NCBI GenBank assembly: GCA_012295275.1
Contig: CM022667.1
Coordinates: forward strand, 14,508,001-14,572,000
Length of the DNA: 64,000 nucleotides
Reading direction: 5' to 3'
From: Chrysomallon squamiferum
Lineage: Eukaryota; Animalia; Mollusca
The number at the start of each line of letters is the position of its first letter. Positions within the stretch are counted from its first letter, which is position 1. Both the position numbers and the translations under genes were made by a program. Below the pieces are notes generated by a model. It did no database searches. It saw nothing but the letters and a program-made list of their open reading frames with translations, and was not told where the DNA came from. Positions 1 through 13,539 of the stretch are shown in pieces.

Positions 1-120
1 AGAAGATCAAAATGGCTGAGTCTGAAATCCGTGTTTGGTCATCCGTTTTCCTGGAAGTGGTTCTCTCCCTTTTCTACCCCACAGTTTGTGTACCAGAAGA
101 ACTTCACATACGCTGTTTGA
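1..120 (+). CDS. ZDHHC3: Final coding segment (5' part outside window) of a ZDHHC3/ZDHHC7-type DHHC palmitoyltransferase
   Basis: Frame 1 from nt 1 reads RRSKWLSLKSVFGHPFSWKWFSPFSTPQFVYQKNFTYAV then TGA (118-120). From memory it matches the vertebrate ZDHHC3 C-terminus ([27 protein letters not shown]...YQYVV), including the PaCCT-type VFG..F.W.SPF motif and a terminal Y-x-V. An invertebrate gene would be a co-ortholog of ZDHHC3 and ZDHHC7. Confidence 0.88.
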   Translation, partial: RRSKWLSLKSVFGHPFSWKWFSPFSTPQFVYQKNFTYAV

Positions 121-1642
121 CGATATGACGAGGAGACATCCTCACAATAGCTGCTTTATGTTGGGTTTTTTAATGTTGTTTTACTTGTTTTAGCTACAGA
201 CAGTTTTAATAATTTTCTTCTTCTTCTAAAAACCAGTTTTATTATTAATATGGTTTGTTATATCTTTTTTACATTTAATTATTTATGTGTTAGTATGTTG
301 GTTTTTAAATTTATTTATTGCTTATATTTTAGAGGATTTTTTTTTATTTAGTTTTGTATTATTTGTTTGATAACTGTCCAGGGTTAATTTTTTAAACACA
401 CTGTGAAAATGGATATGTCAAATTTCTAATATCTTTCTCAATTTTTATTTCTTATTTCTTATTTTTAATTTTTTCTTTTTCTTTCTTCTTTACTTAAAAG
501 TTTTTTTAAATTTTTATATTTTTTATATATTTCATTGTTTCTTTGTTTGATGGTTTATAGATTTTTGAGGGGTTGCAGTTTTGATTTCTCATTAAAAATG
601 CTTGAAATACATTTTATGAATTTGAAAACCATCTGGGGTCCAAGCTGAATTTGTTTCATCCCTAAATATTAAAACAAAACTTATAAGAATTCCATTAGAA
701 AACATTTCTTCTTCTTCAAAGAATTTATTAGATTTATTAGATTTTGGTCAGGGCATTACAAACAGAGCTTGTGTATAAATACATATATGTGTGTGTATAT
801 CATACATTTTTTATTCTTCAAAGAATAGCCCAGATTTGTATAGATAGTGATGATTCTTACATAAAAAGTGACAACAGTAAATACTGGTTAGCATGAAGTT
901 GCAGTATATTTTAATTTCAGTTCTGATGATGGTTTGTAAATTTTATGATAAACAGAATGTTTATTCAGTTCTTATTTTATTTGATGCACACTTGTGTGTT
1001 ATAAATGAACTAGTTTTCATGACCATAATTTTAATATGTTAATCAGATTAATCATCTTAAAACAGATTTGAATGAACTTACGGTTTTAGATATACTTTTG
1101 TTTTTAAAAATGTGGTTCGATTTACCACTGCTCTCAGTTTATTTAATGTTAATTTAATAAGAACCCTGTCTCTGTCTCTCTGTCTCTTTCTCTGTGTGTG
1201 TGTCTGTGTGTCACCTGTGTTTCTGTCTGTCTGTTTCTAAAATACACCAACATTTCACACTGTGATAACTGTTTTATTTCACATAATCAAAAATTGTAAA
1301 AATTAACCCACCTGATTTTCAGTTATAACCACTGTTATACATTTTTATTTATTTTTAAAGGTTTTTTTCAATAATATAATTAATACCACGTTTATTAGCT
1401 ATTAAAATTTAAACTCATTTTGCTTGTGTGATACGTAATTTTTGTTTTATCAAGGTCATAATAGATGTCAATAATTGTATCCATATTACAAATAACATTG
1501 TGTTATAGATTTGTTTTCATCATTATAATCATCATCTTCATCATCATCATTATCATTAATATATTAAAACTATTATTACAGGGATCACAGTTTTAAATTA
1601 TTGTTATTATTATTATTATTGCTGTTGTTATTATCACTATTA

Positions 1643-1673
<31 letters not shown>

Positions 1674-2020
1674 TTATTATTTTTATTATTATTTTTATTA
1701 TTATTATTATTAGTATTAGTATTATTTTAAGAGTATTGGAATAAAAGGTCTGAAGAATTCTGCATTCATCCCAGATATTATTTAATTGTTTTGGGCAAGC
1801 TACCTTCACTAATAATAAAGTATGGCAGTGAACTGTTACTTTCAGAAAACATTGCAATGCCTCCATTTTACTACTGTACAACTTTTTTTTTCTAACACAA
1901 TTAAGAAAAACTTATATGTGATGACATCATGACTACTACCAAAATTGTTTTGCCCAGATATTTTTAATTGTATTCTTTTGCCATTGTTGATCATTTTTAA
2001 TTAAGACTGGATAACACAAA

Positions 2021-2082
<62 letters not shown>

Positions 2083-2333
2083 AAAAATTGGAAGTATGCA
2101 GAATATATTTAGGCTGTTTCTACTAAGGGAGTGTGAAATTCGAACCAAATGAAATGAAAAGTCATAATGTGAAAAAAGAAGATTAATTTCTTGCATAATG
2201 TCCACTAGTGTGTAATTTGTTCTTTTCCTCGTGATGCTTATGCTGGTCATGTGCTGAACTGTATGTAGCTTTGTGTTTAGACTTTAGCTAACAGTATTTA
2301 AGTATGACTGCTCTTTCACACTTTGATTTAATC

Positions 2334-2339
2334 AATAAA
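2334..2339 (+). terminator. Candidate proximal polyadenylation signal AATAAA
   Basis: AATAAA with several upstream TGTA elements (e.g. ~2211, ~2260) and a T/GT-rich stretch downstream (ATTTTGTTGTTT, ~2401). AATAAA is common in AT-rich DNA, so this is tentative. Confidence 0.35.
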
Positions 2340-2506
2340 ATGTCCTCTTTTGAAAGAAAAAAGACAAAAAAAAGCATTGCTGTATTTGAAGCTGGATATT
2401 ATTTTGTTGTTTCATTTTGAGCTCGCTAAAAATAAACATCCATTTGACCCTCGCCTAATTTCTTCTTGACACAAAAGATGCACTTTAAATTATTATTATT
2501 ATTTTC

Positions 2507-2551
<45 letters not shown>

Positions 2552-2681
2552 GTGCTAGTAATAAAATAATAATAATAATAATAAAATATTGTTAGTATTA
2601 TTATTTGTGTGTTTTCTGGTGATACTTGATCACCATGGCGATAAATCTGTCAACAAAAAATGAACAAATAAAAAGCACGGA

Positions 2682-2715
<34 letters not shown>

Positions 2716-4290
2716 CTATTACTAAAAGAAGATTAATTTCTTATTTATAATCAGTTTTCCGTTTTTTCTAAGAACGTACTTGACTTCACCTTGCCAGTGT
2801 GTCTTTTTTTAACAAAGTAAATATTAAACTGAAAACTGCAAGACTTAAACTCTGTCCATGGATAGCATTTGTTTAGTCTTACATTACAATCCATTGCACC
2901 AAATTTACCCAAGAATCTCATTGTTCCAGTTCATAGATCTATACATTTTATTTCTGTATTGAAAAAAAAAAAAATATTGATTTAAAAATTTAAAGATATT
3001 AAGATTAAAAAAGAAAAGAAAAAGATGATTAATATTAAAAAATTGAAGTCTAGATTTTGGATAGTACTACATACACTCTCATAATAGAGTAACAACAACA
3101 ATAGCAGCAGCAGCAGCAGCAACAACAACAACATCATCAAAAACAGTTTGTTTCTTTCTTCATTTGAACATAGTGGATTTGCTCTGACACTTGAGTGTAT
3201 ATTCAGACAATGTATATCTAAAATGTGTAAATATGGTTATTTTAATGTGTTTTGAGGACATGCAAAATGCACTGCAGTTAAGAAAAAATTCATGTCAAAA
3301 AGGTTTTGATACAACAGCTTCCTATAAAACATATTTTGAAAAAAAAAAAAAAAAAAAAACTAATAATAATAATAATATTGACTTAAGAAGAAATGGCAGT
3401 GTTGGGTCATTTGTCTTTTTTTCTTTTCATTTCATTTCATTTTATTTTTTTTTTTTTTTTTTTTTAGATATGAGAATAAACATAATTGCACTTCTGCAAT
3501 AATCAAAAAATGGTTTTGGACATGAAAATTAAAAATTCAAGAAAATTTATAAAAAATAACAGTTTGATCTCTGGAGTCTGCCATGACAAAATGAATGATT
3601 ATTTATTGTGAATGCAAGTCCCATGAAGTAGCCAAATATTTCAAATGCAGTAAATCTCAGTGGAATTATGGGATACTTGGAAGTGAATTAAATTACTAAT
3701 CACTTTTGTAGTGTGTTACTGTTCAAGTGAATGTGCAGTGAAAGATTGAATGGAATGTGTTTTTTAGAGAATTTTGTTTTTAGATTGCTAATCGATTCAT
3801 TTTAGAAAAAATAAAAGATGATGAAAATTAAAATGTAGAAAATAAATTGAATTGTAATTGGAAAAGTAAATAGGAATTATACACTTTTTATTTTTTTGTT
3901 CGGGTAAGGGGTTATTTAATGTTTTTTGTTTTTTTTTATAATTTCAGATTTGTAAATTGATTCATTTTGCTGAAGTAAAAAATAAATAAAAAGTTAATAA
4001 CATTTTTTTAATTGATTAACGGTATTAAAAAACAAATGTCTTATTCTTTTTCTAAACTTAAAATTTCAACAACAACAATAACAAAAGAAATCATGGATTA
4101 CTGGTTATCCCATTCAAAGCACTGGATCTAATGATGTTGTCTTGTTTAGTTTTGAATGATGAACTTTTACTTCTCTGCAAGAATCTCTCCGTTTTTGTAT
4201 GCAAACAACTGAATCTCTTCCGATTAAACAGAGATTCTGATGATAAATGTGATCTCATTTGCTCATTCATTTTCCTGTCACTTTCGCAAG

Positions 4291-4326
<36 letters not shown>

Positions 4327-4582
4327 AAGACTAAGAAGCAAAAAAAAAAAAAAAAAAAAAGAAAAAAATGCAATTAAATCATTCAAGAAGAGATTTTTTT
4401 TTTTTTTCTTTCCCCACGTTTTTTTTTCTTTATTTTATTTCCCCTTTTTATTAAAGCATTTGTTGATGAAATATTGTTTTCCAATGGATGAAAAGGAAGG
4501 TTGATTTTTATTTGATGTTTTGGTGGCTTTTTATCATGTTACTTGTGTCAGCTTCAACTGTGATTTATTGGAGAGATCCCGT

Positions 4583-4713
4583 TGCATTGTGGGAGAAGTG
4601 GTGAACATTTTATTCATATTAATTGTTACATTATATGATAACTTGAGCATTTAGATATGATTGCTGCATTGTGGGTAAAGTGTTAAGGGCCAATACCATT
4701 GCATTATGGGATA
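4583..4713 (-). promoter_or_regulatory. Cluster of three co-oriented ZNF143/Staf (SBS)-like motifs plus a CCAAT box
   Basis: TGCATTGTGGGAGA (4583-4596), TGCATTGTGGGTAA (4665-4678) and TGCATTATGGGATA (4700-4713). Reverse complements fit the ZNF143 core (T/A)CCCAYAATGCA. GGCCAATA at ~4688-4695. A partial fourth copy is at 4848-4858. Confidence 0.45.
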
Positions 4714-5497
4714 TATCAGCTGAAAAATATATATAAGACCTTATCATTACATATTTTGATTATGTATAAGATTGATTTAAATTGCACAATTTTCAATATT
4801 TTTTTTTTTTAATAAAATAATATTATTACACTGCAAGATGTTATGTTTGCATTATGAGTCAAAATGATTAAATTGAATATGACATGACTCTAAAAATGTC
4901 TGATAAAATTTAATTTAAAGTTTCATTTTGAATGATGTGTAAAAACCATGGAGGTGAAAAAAAAGCAACTGATATTAATACTGTTTTTTTTAATATATTG
5001 CTTACAGAAATTATTTTTATTTTTTTATTTATTTTACATATGGTTACAGTTGCTTTCTTTAAAATTAGTTTGAGGTTTGATCCTTCTATTGATGCTTACA
5101 TGCATATAAGTATGTGTTTGTATGTATGAGAGTGTGTTGTTTGTGAGTGTGGTGTGTGTGTGTGTGTGTGCACACACATATTAATGTGAATATAAATCTG
5201 GTGAATATAAAAACTGAAACCATGTGCCATCTATATATTTCTAAAGTCATTTTTGCTACAGTCATTTTCTTAATGGTGGTAATATTGAGGGTGTGCTTGT
5301 GTGTGTGTATGTGTGTGTGTGTGTGTGTGCATGTGAGAGAGAGAGAGAGAAGAGTATTATGTTTATTACATAAACCAGTTTGCAACTATTGTCTGATAAT
5401 CATCTGATTCAGAATTATGATTAATATTAATTCACTTATTTTTATTGTTAATTTTTGCAGATGTATTATGTTACAGAAATAAGTGAATAAGTTGATA

Positions 5498-5503
5498 AAT
5501 AAA
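5498..5503 (+). terminator. Candidate distal polyadenylation signal AATAAA
   Basis: TGTA at 5462, AATAAA at 5498-5503, CA at ~5527, then a T/GT-rich element (TATGTTTCTTCTTATTTATGTCACTGTCTTG). This is canonical poly(A) site architecture, ~1.4 kb before CpG depletion ends. Confidence 0.5.
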
Positions 5504-7162
5504 AATAATTCATGTTTTAACTGGTGCAAGAAATATGTTTCTTCTTATTTATGTCACTGTCTTGCTTTTATGTTATTTTGTTATAGAGAAGAAATGAACA
5601 AATTGTCCAAAAAGAGCTGTTGAAGAAATGAAATAAAAATTTAAAACAAATTGAGTCAAAAACAAGAAGTACTAGAAATAACTGGAAACAAACAATCTTC
5701 ACTGAATGAGTGTAGGTTTAAAGAGGAGTTTTGTGTTTGTTTTGATGGTTGAAGTTAATATGTTTTCTTTTAACAAAGAAACAAAAACAAAAAAACACAT
5801 TAGTAGTAGTTTGTACTAGACATTTTTGGGGAACTGGCCGTTATTTTCATTTTAATTTTTTAAATTCAATTCATTTGTATATTATTATGTGAAATCGGAG
5901 CTGTGCTTTGGTTTGAGATACACTATAGTTGAAAAAAAAAGAAAAAAAAAAAAAGAAAAAAAAAAAAAAGATTTAATTTCAGTATGTAATATGATCTTTT
6001 TAATGTTAATTTTAATATATATTTTAGGTACATTATATATATAAAGCTTGTTTTTTTTTGTGGGGTTTTTCTTCTTAATTTACAGTTTTTTGCAGTTTGC
6101 ATGTTCGTCAGTAGACTTGTAGCCATATCAATCATATCACTGCACAATATTGTCACACTTCTGAAGAAATGCAAAACCACATTATATACTGTTGTGTTGT
6201 ACATGCAGCTATATTGATATATAACTTTATTATTATTTATAATGTTATATTTTTGTGCATAACTATTGTTATAATGACTACATTGTTATATATAACTTTA
6301 AAATCTTACACATAACTATATCGTTATATATGATTTAATACAGTTGTATATAACTTTATACCATATACCCAACAATAATTGTGTTATCTGTAACTTTTTG
6401 TAATATTTGACTTTATATTGTTATGTAACTGTTATTTTAATTATGATGATGTTGATGACAATAAAAAATGATGATGATGATTTGTTGCAGTAACTATGCC
6501 TGTGATTAAAAGTTAACAGTTATCTAACAATGAATCCAGTCAGTGATGTATTTAAGTTTATTATTATTGCAGTAGAGATATGGCATGATACAATTCAACA
6601 TCTCTAATTTCCGTTTGGTGTAAATAATACAATTGCAAACCTTATCATTATAATTATTATTATGATTATATATATATATATATACATTTTTTTTAATTGG
6701 TCCATAAAAACATAAACTATGTGGTTTCTTCCTTTATTATTAATATTGTAATACAGCGTTTTAATTGCTGACAGAAAGATGTAGTATTCTAAAGCCATGT
6801 TCTACTGTTATTTTGATTATTATCATCTAATTAATCTGCTGCTGGTTTACATATTCATTGGTGTTACTGAATTTTGAGAGGTTTTCAGATGTATCTGTGT
6901 ATTACGGAAACATAAAAAATAGTTAATTCTTCCTGTTGTTATTATGATTATAATTATAATGATGATGTCGGTGATGAGTGTTATTATTATTAGCATCGTA
7001 TTTTTAAGTCTGCGTATGTGATTATTTCCTTGCATGCCGATCATTTTATTTGTAATCAAGTCTCGATATTTAGAGTTAAATAGAGTTATGGCCCTTTGGT
7101 TTTAGACTTCCTTCTTAACTTATGCCATTAATATTTCGTCTGTAAAATTTGTATTATTATTA

Positions 7163-7193
<31 letters not shown>

Positions 7194-8795
7194 AAATGTA
7201 CTTCATAATCTATACTAATGTAATAGATGAGTTTGCCATGCATTACTCTAGAGTCTAGACAATTACTAGTTATAGACTAATTATATACTCTGTTTTATTC
7301 TCATACGTCGTTTGTTCAAACATACGTTGTAATGTGCTTATTTGTAAGATCGTTATTCTATTTCAGATACCACATATCAGTATGAAATGAAAACGTACGT
7401 AATTATTGTCAAGTGAATTCGTAATTTATTTAATGATTTCAAATCCATCTAATGATTAACCGCTTAGGATTAAACTTCTGCTGGATACGGTTTGATGACT
7501 TCGTTTTATGTGTTTAAGAATATACTTTAAATAAATATATCTATATATATTATATACAATACTTAATATGTATATTTGTATGTGTATTTGTGCGTGTGGA
7601 TTTTGCTGTATATGTAAATATTGGTGCACTCTGTGAAAAGAAGAATAAAGTATACAGTATTTTAATACACTCACGTGTTAGTTATTTATACTGGTCTATC
7701 AGACTGATGGATAAACGGATTCTCCGGTTCCATTACTTACTAAAATAAACCATCACGAGCCGTCTGGAAATTTGTTAATTAATTTTAACAGACTAAAATT
7801 AGAATGATGGTTTTGTAAGAAAAAAAAATTGTTCCTACTTATCAGACGCGATTTGTTTGAAAGTGAGAAACGCAGGAATACGAGGAACGACAGACAGACA
7901 GACAAAGAAAGAAAGAAAGAGGAGGTTTGCGGGTTTAAAAGACAGAACTTTCATCTGTTTTAAATAATTCGTTGATTTGGTCGTTTTCGAAGTATGAGTC
8001 AATATCTTTCGACAAGTCGGTACCTTTTGTCGCACAGTATGAACGCTGCTTTATTTTGCGCACCTTTAATCAGTTCACTGATGCAGCGCTACGAATTTAA
8101 GACTAATATAAAATAAGAATGACAAAACAGAGATATCTGACCTAGTTTACTATAACGGGTCAGGAGTTTCAGGAAACAATGGAAATGGCACGCAAACACA
8201 CCCACACACATATACGTATATGTACATATATATATATATATATATATACTAATTATAAAATATATTACAGAATATCATTTTTAAGAAAGTTAATAACAAC
8301 TACTGTTACGTAAAGAAAAGAAAAATGATTAAAAAAAAAAAAAAAAAACAGACAAAAAAAAAAAAAAAAACGTGTTGATAATTAAGACTACATGTCTGTC
8401 ATCTTGAAGAGACAGTTTTCAACGCAGTTTTAATTAGCCATACTTTTATTTGCTTTTTTTTTTTTTTTTTATGCGTGCTTCGTTCGTATTTCCAAGAACA
8501 AATAGGCGTGTACCTGCTTCTGGCTAATTTGTTTTCTATTTTAATCACCCAACGATGGTTATTTAGTCAGAAACGCGGTTCGATCCCAGAAGTGAAGACA
8601 AACAGAATGGCCTTCAGAAATGTCTGTGTTTGTCAAACAAAATCAAAGCAGGAATTATATCAAATTGAAATAATATAAAAATACACCTTTCTAAAGGTCA
8701 TGTAAACGAGATTATTAAACAGATGCGGACATGTTTGGTTCATGATTGAAAGAGGATTTTCGGAAGAAGGAACGAGAGAACAATAAAAACAAATA

Positions 8796-8829
<34 letters not shown>

Positions 8830-9253
8830 TAATTGCTACAATACGAATGGTAAATATTTACCGTCTAAAATTGTACGGATTATAAAATTTAATCTGACTT
8901 TAACAAATACTGGATTTGTTGTTTTTTAGGAATATTTTTGTGTAATAATATAACTTGTGTTGATTGACTCGGTACAATTTCGTACAACTCTGGAAATATT
9001 CGTCGATTTACGCATAACTGTAAATAAATTATTTTGAAGATTATATTTACTGAAAAAAAACCAGCCACATCGATATTTTGGATATAATTATTAGACATAC
9101 TGCTTATAGATGGTATATGTAGGACAGAACTTATCAAAGAACTTTAAAGCAATATTGGATTGCATGAATGAACAAAAGACATTGATTTTGTTTATTAATA
9201 CAGCACTATGCTTTGAAATAAAGTTTTTATTGTGATTGAGATAGGTAATTTTC

Positions 9254-9337
<84 letters not shown>

Positions 9338-9439
9338 TAATTATGATGATAATAATAAAATAAAAAATAATAAAATAAAAAAAATAAAAGCAAGCAAATA
9401 AATAAACAAATAAACCATTAATCCTAACAAATTACCACA

Positions 9440-9617
<178 letters not shown>

Positions 9618-11099
9618 AAGGACAAACGCAACCATACAAATAAATAAATGAATAAGTATATAATTCAGAAACCATCTCCCCTAGCAAAACCCCAACAAAA
9701 TTAACTTTTAAAGCAGAATATCTTTACCATATATATCCATGGTGGTATTGATAACTTTATCATTCCCACATCTGGGAAATCTTATACAACTGATTTTTAA
9801 AACATCATACCCATACAAACACGTGTGTATGGGTATATGTGTCTTCGTCTGCGTGTGTAATCGGCCAGACAAAAATAATGGTCGCACAACACCAAAAATA
9901 TTTCTAGCGAATAACACGCGCATGCTCATAAAACACACACAACAACGACCAGTGGTATTAATGAAAACATTGGTTAACCTACTGCAAAGATTATTTTGCT
10001 AGAAATCCCTTATGTTGGTTGTTTAATAGTGTAGTTCTGAATGTAGGAAATAAAACTAAAGTTACGACTTCTCAGTCTTTTGTGGATAGTTAGTCTCTGC
10101 AAGTGAATGTAAAAGGTAAAAAATGGAGAGAGAGAGAAAAACAAATAGACGAAATGTGAAAAGAAAGAAAGAATTAATAATAATACAATAAAATAAAATA
10201 ATTAATAGGGAAAAAAGTTAAGGAAGAAAAACAAACGAAAGAGGAATTAACAATAAAACTGAAAACACGAACAATTATAGAAGTAAATCGAAAGTAATAA
10301 ATAAATAAATAAATTAATGAAATAAAATAAAATTAAATTATATTAAAACAAATAAATAAATCAAGAAACAAAAGCAACAAAGAACAAAAAAAAAAAACGA
10401 CAAAAAATTAAAATTAGAATTTGATAAATAAATAGAAATAAAAATAAATTTAGAACATAAAACACAAGTAAATACCGTAATTAAAATCCATTATTTTCAG
10501 CTGAAGAAATTAAAAATAGTTTAGAATCAACTACAAACAGTTAAATCTTAAAAAGCGTCAGTGTGTCAAGTTATAATATAAAAGATGAAACCAGGTAACA
10601 CTATACTGATTACTCTCACCGATTAACAGGACAACACAGACCACCTACTTTGACACTCTAGTGGCGAGGCACTACTGAAAATAAAAATATAATTGCTTTA
10701 TAAATTATTATTTCTTTGTATGGATTTACATCCTTTCGTATCTCCACCTTTCATATTTTCGTATGTTCTTGTTGTTTTTGTTGTTATTATTGTTGTTGTC
10801 CTTCTTTGTCTTCTTCTTCTTCTTGTCTAAAAAACGATCAAGAATAGAAATTCACTGCTTCTCGATAGTTGTAAATGTTCACAAGAGCAAATGGTTACGA
10901 ACTAAATTAAAACCCGATCATGACGTTTTAATATTATTATGTCAATAATAAGATGACGTCATACATAAACACAATTTATCACTAAGATAAAGAAACACAT
11001 TAATTGTAAAATAATATTTTGCGGAGCCTGGTATAGTGGGAAATGTAACTCAAAACCCTACGGACAAAACATTTAATAATTACTAATTTAATACTCTTA

Positions 11100-11710
11100 A
11101 CTAATGGTATTTGACGACGTAAGCCTACGCTGATGTAATGTGATTCAGTCTAGTCGTCGTCACTCGTTCAAAATGTATACACTTTCTAGTTTATTATTCG
11201 CAATCCGTTTTCGGCCAAAAAAAAGTCTAGAATTTTGCTGTCGCCCACGTCTGCACACTGACTGTTTAATGGTGGGCGGAAGTCGCCAGCCGCAAAAGTA
11301 TCCGAATGATGACTGTCTGCAAAGACACTTAGAGACCCATAACAGGCTACCGAGTTCATGCATTCGTCCCGTCGACACTGATGGATGACGGTAAACGTGT
11401 GTTTGTCCTTTCTCGAAGAGCGCAATTTGTCTCCAAGAGCCGCGGTCGCGGATTCACTGTATATTAAAAACCTTTTACCGTGATGGAAGGCCGTCCGCTG
11501 CCACGCCCTCTCAGACAGAAAAGGGACAGAATGATTTTATGTTTGGAAATAAAAGTTAGGCAATAATGGGCACGACCACAGGTTAAGACTGGAGCCGAGT
11601 TCGATTGCTGTTCTTCGGTCTGATCGGGAATGATGACAGGCTCGAGCGAGGTAATGACCGTGACAGTCACTTTTCTCGTGCTTTTCTCGTCTGCCCGTGT
11701 AGACAACAAT
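11100..11710. promoter_or_regulatory. CpG-rich unique non-coding island, enhancer-like
   Basis: Abrupt GC/CpG rise between SSR tracts. Pbx-Hox-type TGATGGAT at 11379-11386 and Meis-type TGACAG at ~11634 and ~11661. Overlapping ORFs resemble no protein I know. Confidence 0.4.
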
Positions 11711-11889
11711 TAAAAGAAAGAAGAAGAAAAAAAAAAAAAAAAAAAAAAAAAGGTAGCTCGGAAAATAATGGAGCCAACGATTAAATGTGATTATTCTTCG
11801 ATCTCGGTTTAGTGTGTTTGTTTAAAGGTGTATTCAAAGCAAAGAAAATAATGCATCTTCATTTCGTTTTTGTTTTGTAGCTTCTTCAC

Positions 11890-11953
<64 letters not shown>

Positions 11954-12200
11954 AAGAAGAAGAAGGAAAAGATTCAGTGCGTTAGTCTTTGGAAATTTCA
12001 TTCATTCACTCATTCATCTTTCTTTATTTTGTTTTAATTTTTGTTTTTATTATTATTATTATTATTATTATTTTATTATTTATTCATGTATTATCCAAAC
12101 TGAAAATTTATTTATGTTATTATCCGAACTGAAAAATCAACTAACAGCTCATGAAAACAAGAGAGAGAGAGAGGAGGTGAGAGACTCCCAACTTCACACA

Positions 12201-12307
<107 letters not shown>

Positions 12308-12726
12308 GAAGCATCAAACAAACATAATCTGAACTCACTACTACTACCTGACAGTTGCTTCACTTTGTTTCAACGGAACATGATAAACAATCGAGGTTGA
12401 AGATGGTGGCGCACTGCTGTCTCTGCTTGATTTAAATGCTGCGAGAATGAAGCGATAAACGGCTCTCAAGTTAATTGCAGAGCTGACAAATCTATTTTAG
12501 AACGATGCTCAAGTGATGTGGTCCAAATGCAGGCTCGACGTTAAATAACACATCACTTTGAAATGAACGAAATAGTCTCGTTGATAGCGAATGTTTACCG
12601 CACATCACTGGTAATAACAGGTCAGCAGAGACTCATGCTTTCAGACAATCGAGGATTTCAAATATCTTTTTTTTTTTTCGTGAAGCGTTGTTTAAGAGAC
12701 ACATATTTGACCGGCTTTAATGAAAG

Positions 12727-12762
<36 letters not shown>

Positions 12763-13539
12763 GTTGTTATTATCTTTTTTTAAATTAATGAATTTATGTT
12801 TAGCAAAACGTATAAGATCTCTTTTTCTTGTCAGTTTCAGTTTTGAATTTTTTTTTTTAATTTGTTTATTTTGTTTATTTTATTTTTTTTTTTTTTTGTA
12901 GATTTCGTTAGGTAAAAAGATCGTTGGTGAAAGGAGAAATGAGAACGTTTTATTTTATTTTATTTTTTGTTTGTTAAAAAGTTAGGAATTAAAAACTAAT
13001 ATTAAAATAATATTAAAATAATAAATAAATAAATAAATAATAATTAAAAAATAAAAATAGTATTAGTAGTGGCAAGTATTGTAGAGGTAGCTGTAGTGAC
13101 GAAAACTAGTTGTCTCCAGTTGTAGTAGTAGTAGTAGTATGATAATATTGGTGGTAGTAATGGTAGTAGTAATAATAGTAATAGCAGAAGTAGCAGTAGC
13201 AATAATAGTAATAGCAATAGTAGGAGTGGTAGTAGTGGTTGTAGTTGTTGCAGTAAAGGTAATAGCAGTGGAAGTATTAATGATTATTATCATCACTATT
13301 ATTATCTCACTGCTAATGCTACAACTACAACTACGTCAACAATTACTACCATACATCAACTACTTCTACTATTACCACGATTATAACGACAACAACAACA
13401 ACAATAACAGTTGATACTGCTGCAACAGAAATTTATTATTAAAACCAATAATAACGATGATGACGATGACTGATGATGCAGATGATGATGAGTATGTTAC
13501 GATGGTGATGATGAAATGTTAACGATTACTCAAGGCTTG

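Larger units (their letters stand above)
121..5530 (+). other. Probable long 3' UTR of the ZDHHC3/7 gene (extent inferred)
   Basis: Begins right after the stop codon. T-rich on the + strand, CpG-poor like a methylated gene body, no credible ORF, and ends at a canonical-looking poly(A) signal near 5.5 kb. Confidence 0.5.

Noticed and set aside
12-128. ATG-initiated frame MAESEIRVWSSVFLEVVLSLFYPTVCVPEELHIRCLTI*
   Set aside because: It is an alternative frame overlapping the ZDHHC C-terminus, which has clear family similarity.
8576-8588. Pol III B-box-like GGTTCGATCCC
   Set aside because: No convincing A box, cloverleaf or second copy, so I cannot call a tRNA or SINE.
10651-10666. TGACACTCTAGTGGCG as a CTCF site
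   Set aside because: The reverse complement CCACTAGAGTGTCA mismatches the GGGC core. Much weaker than the site at 13912.
11029-11039. A-box-like TGGTATAGTGG
   Set aside because: No downstream B box or tRNA fold.
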